Virus record (IMG/VR): IMGVR_UViG_3300020045_010975
Span: 1-24,322 of that record
DNA from: a virus
Lineage: Duplodnaviria; Caudoviricetes
DNA length: 24,322 nt
Strand: one strand, 5' to 3'
Positions 1 through 8,840 of the stretch are shown one piece after another. Made by a program: the position numbers and the translations under genes. The first letter of the stretch is position 1; every line of letters begins with the position of its first letter. A model generated the notes under the pieces. The model saw nothing but the letters and a program-made list of their open reading frames with translations, was not told the DNA's origin and searched no databases.

Positions 1-173
1 GTGTGCAGGCGCTCTTTGGCGGCCTGGCCTACCAGGATGCGGCCTTGGTCATCCAGGCCGACCACGCTTGGGGTCAGCAACTGGCCAAGGGCATTGGGGA
101 CTAGTTCGGCGGCATCACCGCGCCATACCGCTGCAAGACTGTTGGTGGTCCCCAGGTCGATTCCTACGATCAT
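1..173 (-). CDS. hscC: Hsp70-family chaperone (HscC/Hsc62-like), N-terminal part, runs off the window
   Basis: Not in the ORF track. Manual translation from ATG at 173: MIVGIDLGTTNSLAAVWRGDAAELVPNALGQLLTPSVVGLDDQGRILVGQAAKERLH. It contains the Hsp70 signature GIDLGTTNS, and PNALG..LTPSVV is HscC-like. A GGGAG RBS lies upstream. Confidence 0.85.
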   Translation of the reverse strand, partial: MIVGIDLGTTNSLAAVWRGDAAELVPNALGQLLTPSVVGLDDQGRILVGQAAKERLH

Positions 174-277
174 TACGACAAGCTCCCTCTGTGGTCTGTA
201 AGAATCTGTGACCAATTTTATCCTGAAAGGTTGAGCGAAAAGCAAGGAGGGCAAGCCCGCTCACTACAGACGGGCAT

Positions 278-314
278 AAAAAAACCGCTTCCGGTGAGGG
301 AAGCGGTTTTGTTT
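278..314 (-). terminator. Rho-independent terminator of the efflux operon (probably bidirectional)
   Basis: AAAACCGCTTCC (281-292), 6-nt loop, GGAAGCGGTTTT (299-310). A/T tracts on both sides, just past the OMF stop. Confidence 0.9.
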
Positions 315-330
315 ATCTGCAGCAGCGCTA

Positions 331-1788
331 TCAGAACAACTTCAGCGCCGGTGCTTCTTCTTTCAACGGCTCGTTCTTCGCAGTCTGCTCGCTCCAGCCA
401 CCGCCGAGGGCCTTGTACAGGTTGACCTCGCTGGTGAGCTGCGCCAGGCGGTCGGTGATCAGCGATTGCTGGGCACTGAACAGTTGGCGCTGGGCGTCGA
501 GGAACGTCAGGTTGCTGTCGACACCAATGCGATAGCGACGCTCGGCCAGGCGGTAGTAGTCCTGGTTGGCGGCGACGAAACCACGTTGCGCTTCCAGTTG
601 CTGCTTGTAGGTTTCACGTGAGGCGAGGCCGTCCGAGACTTCCTGGAAGCCGGTCTGGATCGCCTTCTCGTAGTTCGCCACGTTGATCTCTTTCTGGATC
701 TTCGAGTAGTCCAGGCTGGCGCGCAGGCTGCCGGCGTTGAAGATCGGGATGTTGATCTGCGGGGCGAACGACCAGGTGCCCGAGCCGCCTTTGAACAGGC
801 CGCCCAAGGTTGGGCTTGCGGTGCCGGCACTGGCCGTCAGGCTGATGCTCGGGAAGAACGCAGCACGCGCCGCGCCGATATTGGCGTTGGCGGCCTTGAG
901 GTTGTACTCGGCCTGAATGATGTCGGGACGACGTTGCAGCAGGTCCGATGGCAACCCGGCCGGCACTTCGCTGAGCAGGTTATCCGACAGCGGCTGGCTG
1001 GCGATATTCGCCGGCAGGCCAGTGCCCAGCAGCAGGGTCAGGCTGTTCTCGTCCTGCGCGACCTGGCGGGTGTAGCGCGCCAGGGCAACCCGGGCGTTTT
1101 CCACCGAGGTACGCGCCTGGCTGAGGTCGAGGGCCGAGGCCACGCCGACTTCGTTGCTGCGCGAGGTCAGCTTGTAGCTCTGCTCGTACGCGCCCAGGGT
1201 GTCCTGGGTGAGCTTGAGCAGCTCCTTGTCGGCCTGCCAGGTCAGGTAGGCGTTGGCCACGCTGGCCACCAGGCTGATCTGGGTACTGCGGCGTGCTTCT
1301 TCAGTGGCGAAGTACTTTTGCAGGGCTTCCTCACTCAAGCTGCGTACGCGACCGAACAGGTCCAGCTCATACGAGCTGATACCAAGGCCTGCCGAATATT
1401 GGCTGCTGATGGTCGATTCGCCGGTCTGTGACAGCTTGGCCGGAGTACGCGAACGGCTACCGCTGCCCGTGGCCGATACGGCCGGGAACAGGTCGGCACG
1501 CTGGATCTGGTACTGCGCCGCGTAGGCGTCGATGTTCAGGGCCGCGACACGCAGGTCACGGTTGTTCACCAGCGCCGTCTGGATCAGCTGTTGCAGGGCA
1601 GGGTCGTGGAAAAACTGCTTCCAGCCTTGCTCGACAGCGGCCTGGCTCGGCGCCTGGGCCGACGAATACGCCGGCCCCTGCGGGAACTGGGCGGCCACCG
1701 GCGCCTCAGGGCGCTGATAGTCAGGTATCAGCGAGCAGCCACTGAGCACGAATGCCGTGACGGCTAAGGAAAGGAGCGACTTGCTCAT
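331..1788 (-). CDS. emhC: RND efflux outer-membrane lipoprotein (EmhC/TtgC/OprM family)
   Basis: Lipobox LSGC; [30 protein letters not shown] and LYKALGGGW motifs. The start overlaps the stop of the upstream RND transporter. Confidence 0.93.
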   Translation of the reverse strand: MSKSLLSLAVTAFVLSGCSLIPDYQRPEAPVAAQFPQGPAYSSAQAPSQAAVEQGWKQFFHDPALQQLIQTALVNNRDLRVAALNIDAYAAQYQIQRADLFPAVSATGSGSRSRTPAKLSQTGESTISSQYSAGLGISSYELDLFGRVRSLSEEALQKYFATEEARRSTQISLVASVANAYLTWQADKELLKLTQDTLGAYEQSYKLTSRSNEVGVASALDLSQARTSVENARVALARYTRQVAQDENSLTLLLGTGLPANIASQPLSDNLLSEVPAGLPSDLLQRRPDIIQAEYNLKAANANIGAARAAFFPSISLTASAGTASPTLGGLFKGGSGTWSFAPQINIPIFNAGSLRASLDYSKIQKEINVANYEKAIQTGFQEVSDGLASRETYKQQLEAQRGFVAANQDYYRLAERRYRIGVDSNLTFLDAQRQLFSAQQSLITDRLAQLTSEVNLYKALGGGWSEQTAKNEPLKEEAPALKLF

Positions 1789-3110
1789 TGGCCAGCCTCT
1801 TTAGGAGTTTCAGTAGTTTCAGTCTTTTTGCGCTCGCCAGCGGAGGACACGGTCGCGTAGAACAGCGGCACCCAGAAGATCGCCAAGACAGTGGCCGTGA
1901 TCATACCGCCAATTACGCCGGTACCGATGGCGTGCTGGCTGCCCGAACCGGCACCGCTGGAAATTGCCAGCGGCAGTACGCCAAGCATAAACGCCATGGA
2001 CGTCATGATGATCGGACGCAGACGCATGCGGGACGCCTCGATGGCTGCCTCGACGATGCCCTTGCCTTGTTCGTGGAGTTCTTTGGCGAACTCCACGATC
2101 AAGATGGCGTTCTTCGCTGCCAGGCCCACCGTTACCAGCAAGCCCACTTGGAAGAACACGTCGTTGGACAGCCCGCGCAGGCTGGTGGCGATCAATGCAC
2201 CGATCACACCCAGTGGGACCACCAGGATTACCGCGATCGGGATCGACCAGCTTTCGTACAGTGCCGCGAGGCACAGGAACACTACCAGCAGCGACAGGGC
2301 GTACAGCGCAGGTGCCTGGGAGCCGGACAGACGTTCTTCGTACGACAGACCGGTCCACGCATAACCGACGCCAGCCGGCAAGTCCTTGGCAATCCGCTCG
2401 ACTTCCGCCATCGCGTCACCGGTACTGTAGCCAGGTGCCGGGGTACCGAGGATTTCCATCGCCGCTACACCGTTGTAACGCGAGAGCTTGGGCGAACCGT
2501 AGATCCACTTGCCCGACGAGATGGCCGACAGCGGCACCATCTTCCCGGAGGTGCTGCGCACGTACCATTTGTCCAGGTCTTCCGGCGACATCCGGCTGGC
2601 GGCATCACCCTGTACATACACCTTCTTCACACGACCACGGTCGATGAAGTCGTTGACGTAACTGCCACCCAAGGCAATCGCCAGGGTGCTCTGGATGTCC
2701 GACAGGCTGATGCCCTGGGCGCTGGCCTTCTCGTCGTCAACGGTCAGCTCGTACTGCGGCTCATCGTTCACGCCGTTGGGGCGCACACCCGCCAGGATCT
2801 TGCTTTGTGCGGCGGCACCGAGGAACTGGTTGCGTGCAGCCATCAGCTTCTCGTGGCCGACGCCACCCTGGTCTTGCAGGAACACGTCGAAACCCGTGGC
2901 GTTACCCAGTTCCAGAACCGAAGGCGGCACGATGGCAAATACCATGGCGTCCTTGAAGGCCCCGAAGAAGTAACCCTGGGCACGCTTGGCCACTTCGAAT
3001 ACCGACATGGACGAATCACGTTCATCCCATGGCTTGAGCATCACGAACGCCAGGCCCGAACTCTGGCCACGACCCGCGAAGTTAAAGCCGTTCACGGTAA
3101 ATACCGACAG
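1785..3110 (-). pseudogene. emhB: 5'-truncated RND efflux inner-membrane transporter (EmhB/TtgB/MexB family), C-terminal ~440 codons
   Basis: AcrB/MexB motifs [48 protein letters not shown] and RLRPIIMTS. Similarity stops near 3110. The first ~64 aa of track ORF 1785..3305 are off-frame phage sequence. The truncation is probably artefactual. Confidence 0.9.
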
Positions 3111-3705
3111 CCGCCGCAACCTTAGTCTCGAAACCAATCGCCGCGTCTCGAATGGCGTCCTGATATTTCGCGTCAGGCAGAACCCGCATCGTAACCATTT
3201 CCAGGCCGCCCGAATAAGAAATGAAGTCGATCCACTTCCGGCCGGTGACGAAAAGCCCCGTTTGTAGCTGCAACATGAACTCGTCGGGCGGAACGTTTTC
3301 GACAATCGTCTGCACCTGGTATTTCTGGACGCGCGACTTGATTTCGATCAGGCCGTCATCGCCGACTAGCCCGTCTGGCGAATAGCCAATGGTGAATCCC
3401 AGATCATCGTTCGTGACGAAACCGACTTCCGTAACAGCCGAATATTTCTCGCTGTATAGGTCGCGGGCAGTCACTTCATCATCGCGACCGCGCAACATGG
3501 CGTCACCGATGTAGGTCGGTTCGGTGTAGCCGCTGATGCGTTGCGCGGCGATTTCCCAGACATGAGAACGGGTTTTTTCGTTGTCGGCGATCTTGAGTGT
3601 CGGGGTCAGGATGAGTTTGACCTCACTGGCGCAGAGCGTGCCGCGACGGAGACCCAGCCAGGAATCTGAGCCCTGCTCAACTTCTGAATAATAGGTAATA
3701 GTCAT
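3082..3705 (-). CDS. YqaJ/lambda-exonuclease family recombination nuclease (C-terminus possibly clipped at the junction)
   Basis: [39 protein letters not shown] and [19 protein letters not shown] motifs. Confidence 0.88.
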   Translation of the reverse strand: MTITYYSEVEQGSDSWLGLRRGTLCASEVKLILTPTLKIADNEKTRSHVWEIAAQRISGYTEPTYIGDAMLRGRDDEVTARDLYSEKYSAVTEVGFVTNDDLGFTIGYSPDGLVGDDGLIEIKSRVQKYQVQTIVENVPPDEFMLQLQTGLFVTGRKWIDFISYSGGLEMVTMRVLPDAKYQDAIRDAAIGFETKVAAAVGIYRERL

Positions 3706-4226
3706 GATGCTCTCGCAAATTCTCCAAAAAGATTTGTTGCCGCTTTTAGGTAGGCTTCAGCAGCTAAATCAGGGGTTGAGAAAGACCCCAAGTGAAATGC
3801 TTGGCCTCTATATTTAATGCGAGCTTGATATTTAGACCCAAGACACCTTACCCCCTTGGGAAGTCGTTTGCCTTTGTTCCTTTTCTTGTTTCCGTTGTTA
3901 CTGGTTTGATCACAAAGTCGGAGGTTGACCCATCGATTATCAATAGAAACTCCATTTTTATGATCAATACGCAACGATGGCCATTCCCCGGTCATGTATA
4001 ACCATGCGAGACGGTGAGCTTTGTATGCTAGGCCTTCAATTTTTATCATCACGTATCCAGTCCTAATGCACCCTGCAATTTGATTCATAAGACGTGGATG
4101 ATATTTTGGCGGATTTCTCCAGATAAACAAACCAGTGTCTGGGAAATATTCCATGGCCTCTTTCATCCCAACAGGACACGGGCCTTTACGGAAGGAGATA
4201 TTTTGGGTAGCCTGATCGTCCGTCAT
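3702..4226 (-). CDS. HNH homing endonuclease with C-terminal AP2-like DNA-binding domain
   Basis: YKAHRLAWLYMTGEWP...IDHKNGVSIDNRWVNLR (HNH) then KGV...YQARI...HLGSFSTPDLAAEAY...FGEFA (AP2). Visibly AT-richer than its neighbours. Start placed at the ATG at 4226 with a purine-rich RBS. Confidence 0.88.
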   Translation of the reverse strand: MTDDQATQNISFRKGPCPVGMKEAMEYFPDTGLFIWRNPPKYHPRLMNQIAGCIRTGYVMIKIEGLAYKAHRLAWLYMTGEWPSLRIDHKNGVSIDNRWVNLRLCDQTSNNGNKKRNKGKRLPKGVRCLGSKYQARIKYRGQAFHLGSFSTPDLAAEAYLKAATNLFGEFARAS

Positions 4227-4292
4227 GTTCGCGCCCTTTCGCGCTAGCTGATGAGGGGGCTCCTGTATCTCCATCCGGGAGCCCCTACCCGC

Positions 4293-4508
4293 TTACTCTA
4301 ACGGCTTTTCAGATTTAATCAAAGACTTTCGACGCGAAACCCGGCCACCCTTGCGTCCGAGTTCTGCGACGCGCTCGGTATCCATGACGGCGAATCCGCG
4401 CTTGGTTCCTGATCCAGCCGCCCCGCCCATAGCTGAGATTTCGCGGCGGCGTTCGGGGGATAGGCATTGGAAGCCTCGGGGTTTGCCGGGTTTGGGAGCG
4501 TCGTTCAT
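4293..4508 (-). CDS. KGG-repeat general-stress-type small protein (YciG/GsiB-like)
   Basis: Two repeats: RGFQCLSPERRREISAMGG and RGFAVMDTERVAELGRKGG. Confidence 0.8.
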   Translation of the reverse strand: MNDAPKPGKPRGFQCLSPERRREISAMGGAAGSGTKRGFAVMDTERVAELGRKGGRVSRRKSLIKSEKPLE

Positions 4509-4777
4509 CCGACAAATCCCTTTGCAGCGAAACCAGCAAACCCATCGCGCTCCCTCATTTTCGCTGCGTCTCTTTCCGCTGTCTTAGCCTCCGACTTCAG
4601 CCGCCGAATCTCAGGGCCAAGCGTCCTGAGCGAAACCATAGCGCGGTTCCTGGCCTGTTCGGCTGCACACAGAGCCGCGAACGTCGTGGACCCGTTCAGC
4701 GTGGACGTGAGGCGAGATACGTCACCGGCCGCGTTGTAAGCGTGCTGGGCGGTGCGGGTCGGAACAGCGATTCTCAC
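4505..4777 (-). CDS. Hypothetical phage protein
   Basis: 4-nt start/stop overlaps with both neighbours; helical, charged C-terminal half. Confidence 0.6.
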   Translation of the reverse strand: MRIAVPTRTAQHAYNAAGDVSRLTSTLNGSTTFAALCAAEQARNRAMVSLRTLGPEIRRLKSEAKTAERDAAKMRERDGFAGFAAKGFVG

Positions 4778-4890
4778 GACACCACCTCTGCCATAGCAAA
4801 GATCAGCGCCGTCAACGTCATTCCGATACCAAACACCACGAGAAGTCCGACCGCATATTCGGTCAGGGATTGAATGCCGGGTTTACGCAT
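4774..4890 (-). CDS. Small single-TM hypothetical protein (38 aa)
   Basis: Not in the track. MRKPGIQSLTEYAVGLLVVFGIGMTLTALIFAMAEVVS; GGAG RBS; GTGA overlap with the next gene. Confidence 0.6.
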   Translation of the reverse strand: MRKPGIQSLTEYAVGLLVVFGIGMTLTALIFAMAEVVS

Positions 4891-5083
4891 GAAGTTTCTC
4901 CAGTTCGATAGCGCGATGTGCGCGGGTTGCAGCGGTGTCGATGCGGCTGACGAGTAGCGACAGGCGCGTTACGTCGGCGGCGGATCGGGGTGGATTGCGT
5001 TCGATGAATCCGATTGCAAGTGTGAGAGCGCTCATGGACGCCTCGAATGTGGCCGGGTCACGCATCGGAAAGAATCGCCTCAT
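4883..5083 (-). CDS. Hypothetical phage protein (true start may be the internal MRDPAT)
   Basis: Tiles between neighbours in the leftward operon. Confidence 0.5.
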   Translation of the reverse strand: MRRFFPMRDPATFEASMSALTLAIGFIERNPPRSAADVTRLSLLVSRIDTAATRAHRAIELEKLHA

Positions 5084-5330
5084 CGATCTCAGTCGAGAAC
5101 GCCGCCATGATGTTGGCGATCACGATGTTGCGGGCGGTGGGGTCGAGGCCGTCGAGGAGGTCGATGTTGCGCCAGTTAGAGTTTCCGAGACCGACGCCGA
5201 CGCGAACCAGCATCGAAACACTCGACAGATCAGCGTCCTCGATAATCGGGCCGAACTCGCCGACCGATTCATCGCCGCGAACTGTGCGGCCCTCCACTTC
5301 ACATTCGCACTCGAAGATGATCGACGCCAT
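5058..5330 (-). CDS. Acidic hypothetical phage protein
   Basis: TAATG overlap with the upstream gene; operon tiling. Confidence 0.6.
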   Translation of the reverse strand: MASIIFECECEVEGRTVRGDESVGEFGPIIEDADLSSVSMLVRVGVGLGNSNWRNIDLLDGLDPTARNIVIANIMAAFSTEIDEAILSDA

Positions 5331-5626
5331 TACGATGCAGACTTTTCAGCAGCGGCACGAAGAGCGGCGACGACTTCGGCTTGGGTGCGGCGATTGTTGA
5401 AGCTGACCAAGCTGTCGCCAATGTTTTCTTCAACAAGGTCTCGGACCTTCGGCGCAGAAAATCTAGACACCGCAAAAATAGCACCGACCGCGCACCAGCA
5501 AACAGCATCTTTGCTATCAGGCGCAACCGATCGGCCAGATTTGTCATGTGCAATATCATAACGAAGATGTGCACCAGGCGGCTCAATCAAATCAGCCGCC
5601 TTATTCAGAATCTCCGACACGTTCAT
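5330..5626 (-). CDS. Conserved phage early protein (DUF6197-like)
   Basis: ILNKAADLIE...AVCWCAVGAI...FN..RTQAEVVAALRAAA pattern; strong GGAGAGG RBS; first gene of the leftward operon. Confidence 0.65.
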   Translation of the reverse strand: MNVSEILNKAADLIEPPGAHLRYDIAHDKSGRSVAPDSKDAVCWCAVGAIFAVSRFSAPKVRDLVEENIGDSLVSFNNRRTQAEVVAALRAAAEKSAS

Positions 5627-5631
5627 TCAGG

Positions 5632-5745
5632 CCTCTCCATCCGTTGATGCCCCTAACTTACGCTGTCGGTTTCAGTCTTGGCAAGAAAAATAATCGTCGT
5701 CGGGTGAACTTTTTTCGTTGAAGTGGGCGGGGGTTCGGGTAAGGT
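5632..5745. promoter_or_regulatory. Divergent sigma70-like early promoters
   Basis: Leftward TTGCCA (5684-5679)-N18-TAAGTT (5660-5655); rightward TTGAAG (5718-5723)-N16-TAAGGT (5740-5745). Each -35 is preceded by a T-tract. Confidence 0.55.
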
Positions 5746-5780
5746 CGCCAGATTGATAACGCGCTGATGGAGAATATCGC

Positions 5781-5966
5781 GTGAGTAATCCGACACGAAA
5801 AATGCACCGTCGCAATCGCGATGCAGCTATTAAAAAAGGCACTCCTTATCGGCGCATCATCGCCGTTGATGGCGTTGCAATGCACGCCACCAAAGGGCGT
5901 GTTCACGATCTGGCTGTGATCGACTATCGCACGAAATACATTCTGGACCGGACCGCGCAATCGTGA
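5781..5966 (+). CDS. Small basic hypothetical protein
   Basis: GGAGA RBS, GTG start, GTGA overlap with the next gene. Confidence 0.6.
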   Translation: MSNPTRKMHRRNRDAAIKKGTPYRRIIAVDGVAMHATKGRVHDLAVIDYRTKYILDRTAQS

Positions 5967-6181
5967 CCCGCCTCCAGCTCCTTACCTTCGTCACCGCCGC
6001 TATCAAAGCAAAAGGCGGCATCGAAAAAGCATCCGGCTCGTGGGACATTCAAATTGGGAACCTGAAAGCGGTCCAAGATGGCCGCGCCAAACCTGGTCCG
6101 CGCCTTATGAAGTTGCTCGGACTGACACAAACAGCGGATGGCGACTGGGTCCAGACGCGGAAATTTGCGGAGGATAAATAA
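5963..6181 (+). CDS. Small Cro-like HTH protein (putative)
   Basis: 72 aa; GGIEKAS..W.I..GNL..V.DGRAKPGPRLMKLLGL resembles Cro/XRE-type HTH proteins; near the start of the rightward early operon. Confidence 0.6.
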   Translation: MTRLQLLTFVTAAIKAKGGIEKASGSWDIQIGNLKAVQDGRAKPGPRLMKLLGLTQTADGDWVQTRKFAEDK

Positions 6182-6182
6182 G

Positions 6183-6425
6183 ATGGAACGGTTTCACGTC
6201 ATTGAAGACAGCGCGGTGATCGTGCGTGTCGGGAATATCTATAAGCAGGTTCGCGCATATCGTCGCGGGACTTCAGTTTATGCGAACGTGCGCGGTGGAT
6301 ATGTCCGTCTGTTGCGCGGGTCGGGGACTTCGGTTCCCGGTATTTCGTGGGATGGGGTCGAAGCTGAGGGCGTCCATTATGATGGGCCGGCGAATGAACC
6401 GAAATATATCGGGGGCGCGTCGTGA
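6183..6425 (+). CDS. Hypothetical phage protein
   Basis: ATG at 6183 after GGAGGA; GTGA overlap with the ligase gene. Confidence 0.65.
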   Translation: MERFHVIEDSAVIVRVGNIYKQVRAYRRGTSVYANVRGGYVRLLRGSGTSVPGISWDGVEAEGVHYDGPANEPKYIGGAS

Positions 6426-6973
6426 TGGAGTTCCAGCCATTCCCCAAAATGCCCCGTCTGTCGCGGGAAATCATCATCACCGAAAAGATCGACGGCACGA
6501 ACGCACAAGTCTGCATCGGCGAAGACGGTTCCTTTCAGGTTGGCTCACGCACTCGCTGGATCACACCAGAAGAAGACAACTACGGCTTTGCCCGATGGGC
6601 TCATGCTCACCGCGACGAGCTGATGAACCTTGGCCCCGGTCGCCACTTTGGCGAATGGTGGGGCGCGGGCATTCAGCGCCGATATGGACTGACGGGCGAT
6701 GATAAACGGTTCAGTCTGTTCAATGTCTCGCGTTGGGGCGAAGATCGCCCCGCGTGCTGCCACGTTGTGCCGACACTGTATCGCGGCCCGTTCACGACCG
6801 AAGCTGCCGACGACTGCCTGAACATTCTTGATCTGGACGGGTCTGTTGCGGCCCCCGGATTCATGAAGCCCGAGGGCATCATCGTCTATCACGTCGCTGG
6901 CGGCTTCGGCTTCAAGAAGACAATCGAAAAAGACGAACAGCCGAAATCGCTGAACACTGGAGCCGCAGCATGA
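6422..6973 (+). CDS. RNA ligase family nucleotidyltransferase (Rnl2-like adenylation domain)
   Basis: F..FPK..RL, motif I ITEKIDGTNA, VGSRTR, HFGEWWG.GIQ, FSLF and PEGIIV. Confidence 0.8.
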   Translation: MMEFQPFPKMPRLSREIIITEKIDGTNAQVCIGEDGSFQVGSRTRWITPEEDNYGFARWAHAHRDELMNLGPGRHFGEWWGAGIQRRYGLTGDDKRFSLFNVSRWGEDRPACCHVVPTLYRGPFTTEAADDCLNILDLDGSVAAPGFMKPEGIIVYHVAGGFGFKKTIEKDEQPKSLNTGAAA

Positions 6974-8079
6974 AATTCATCCTAGAACGCTCCGACGCCC
7001 TCACGGCCCTAACCCGCGTGGCTGGCGTCGTGTCGAAATCGAATGTGCCGATCCTGAATAACGTGCGGATCGAAACGACCGTTTTCGGCATCCGTATTCA
7101 GGCGACGGATCTGGATATGGAGGCTGTCACCGAATGCCCCGGCGAGATCATCGAGCACGGCGTTACGACGGTGAACGCATCCAAGATGTCAGAGATCGTG
7201 AAGTCCGCCGCACCAGGTTCGCAGATCAAGTTCGAACTCGACGCCTCGGATGATCCGCGCCTTCACGCAAGCTCAGGGCGATCGCGGTTCAAGCTGCCCG
7301 TGATCGACGCCGACATTTTCCCGTCGATTCCTGACGACGTATGGGCGGCAGAATTCGACATCGACGCGCCCGTTTTGTCGGACATGCTGACGCGGACGGT
7401 TTTTGCGGCCGGAACGTCTGTGTCGGCGGTCGCGCTGATCGGCGTCTACCTGACGATCAGCGACAATGATCTGTTGGCAGTCGGGTGTTCAGGTCGTCGG
7501 TTCGCTACTGTGCGGACAGATATTCCAGACGGAGCGCGCGATATGCCGTCCGTGATTATCCCAACGAAAGCGGTCGGTCAGATTGTTCGGCTGCTTCCAG
7601 AGGCAGGAATTGCGCGCCTGTCTGTCTCCGCGAACAAGTGGCGCGTCGAAGCGAACGGGGCGACGGTCACAGGGAAGGTGATCGATTACGACTATCTCGA
7701 ATATCAGCGCGGCCTCCCCGTTGATATTCCGCACGTCGCTAAGGCTGGTCGTGAAGCGCTGATCGGGTGCGTTCGTCGGGCGCTGATTGCTGGTGAATCC
7801 GATAGCGTTGGCGTCGGGATCAGGCTGGCGTTCACGACGGGGCTGCTGACTGTGACGGGGTCAAACTCGGTCGAAGAGGCGCGCGACGAAATCGAGATCG
7901 ACTATGACGGGCCTGATCTGACGGTCGGGCTGACGGCGGTCTATGTGCTGGACGCGGCTAATAACCTGGTCGGCGACGTGGTGAATATCGGGATTGGCGA
8001 TGGGTTGCCGGTGGTGGTGTTTGCGTCGCCGAGTGATGAGGCGGCGGTGAATACTTGTGCGAAGAGGATGGTGCGTTGA
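6970..8079 (+). CDS. dnaN: Phage-encoded DNA polymerase III beta sliding clamp homolog
   Basis: 369 aa; MKF.LER..L..L..V, PILNNVRI, ATDLDME, SGRSRFKLP.I.AD.FP and VIIP.KAV motifs. Diverged at the usual ATDGHRLA (GCSGRRFA) and the C-terminal MPM. Confidence 0.88.
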   Translation: MKFILERSDALTALTRVAGVVSKSNVPILNNVRIETTVFGIRIQATDLDMEAVTECPGEIIEHGVTTVNASKMSEIVKSAAPGSQIKFELDASDDPRLHASSGRSRFKLPVIDADIFPSIPDDVWAAEFDIDAPVLSDMLTRTVFAAGTSVSAVALIGVYLTISDNDLLAVGCSGRRFATVRTDIPDGARDMPSVIIPTKAVGQIVRLLPEAGIARLSVSANKWRVEANGATVTGKVIDYDYLEYQRGLPVDIPHVAKAGREALIGCVRRALIAGESDSVGVGIRLAFTTGLLTVTGSNSVEEARDEIEIDYDGPDLTVGLTAVYVLDAANNLVGDVVNIGIGDGLPVVVFASPSDEAAVNTCAKRMVR

Positions 8080-8840
8080 GTCGGGCTGAGGTGATTGGGG
8101 ATGCGACGCTGTATCTCGGAAACTCGCTCGAGATCATGCCGACGCTGAAAGCAGATCATGTGATTGGAGATCCACCTTATGAATCAATTTTGCACGACAG
8201 CAAAAACAAGAAATCTCCCGCTCGAATGGATAAAGGCCCAGTTCTTAAAGGTCTAGATTTCGACAGCATAGACAGCATTCGCAGCGAGGTCGTTCGTATC
8301 GCTGCGGAAGTCTGTGACGGATGGTTTATCGCCTTCTGCACCGTGGAAGGAACGTACCCTTGGGCTGAAGAAATCAACGCTTCTGTCATGAAATACAAGC
8401 GCGCTTGCGTCTGGATTAAACCAGACTCTACCCCGCAACTAAACGGCCAAGGCCCCGCACAGGGCTACGAATGTTTCGTTGCTGCATGGAACGGAAAGGG
8501 TCACGCTAAGTGGAACGCTGGCGGAAAGCGCGGCGTCTATACTCACTGCGTCAACACAAACCGTCACGGTGGACACCCGACTGAAAAGCCCGTTCCGCTG
8601 ATGTCCGAAATCATCGTGGACTTCACTACGCCTGGCCAAACCATCCTAGATCCATTCATGGGCAGCGGAACAACCGGTGTCGCCTGTCTTCAGACGGGCC
8701 GCAAATTCATCGGCATCGAAATGAACGAGACCTATTTCGATCTCGCCTGCCGCCGCATCGACCAAGCCCATCGCAACCCCCCAATCATGCTTGGCGAGAT
8801 GCGTCGCAAGGCTATCGACACGCCGGATCTGCTGGCGTGA
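8076..8840 (+). CDS. Orphan N6-adenine/N4-cytosine DNA methyltransferase (beta class)
   Basis: Catalytic DPPY, then HPTEKP and SAM-binding LDPFMGSGTTG. TTG start at 8076 overlaps the dnaN stop, with a GAGGA RBS. Confidence 0.92.
   Translation: MSRAEVIGDATLYLGNSLEIMPTLKADHVIGDPPYESILHDSKNKKSPARMDKGPVLKGLDFDSIDSIRSEVVRIAAEVCDGWFIAFCTVEGTYPWAEEINASVMKYKRACVWIKPDSTPQLNGQGPAQGYECFVAAWNGKGHAKWNAGGKRGVYTHCVNTNRHGGHPTEKPVPLMSEIIVDFTTPGQTILDPFMGSGTTGVACLQTGRKFIGIEMNETYFDLACRRIDQAHRNPPIMLGEMRRKAIDTPDLLA

Noticed and set aside
3082-3120. Prophage attachment site inside emhB
   Set aside because: No integrase or arm sites are nearby, the junction cuts in at the end of a phage gene, and host signals disagree.
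1788-3125. Long antisense ORFs (1788..3125 +, and likewise 17107..18000 - and 23123..23851 -)
   Set aside because: They are shadow frames of high-GC genes with well-supported products on the other strand.
3111-3305. N-terminal 64 aa of track ORF 1785..3305 as a novel RND fusion
   Set aside because: It is an alternate frame of the phage exonuclease that happens to be open, has no RND similarity and results from the junction.
4248-4290. Hammerhead ribozyme (CTGATGAG followed by a stem)
   Set aside because: The GAAA required after stem II is missing, and the motif is on the non-transcribed strand.
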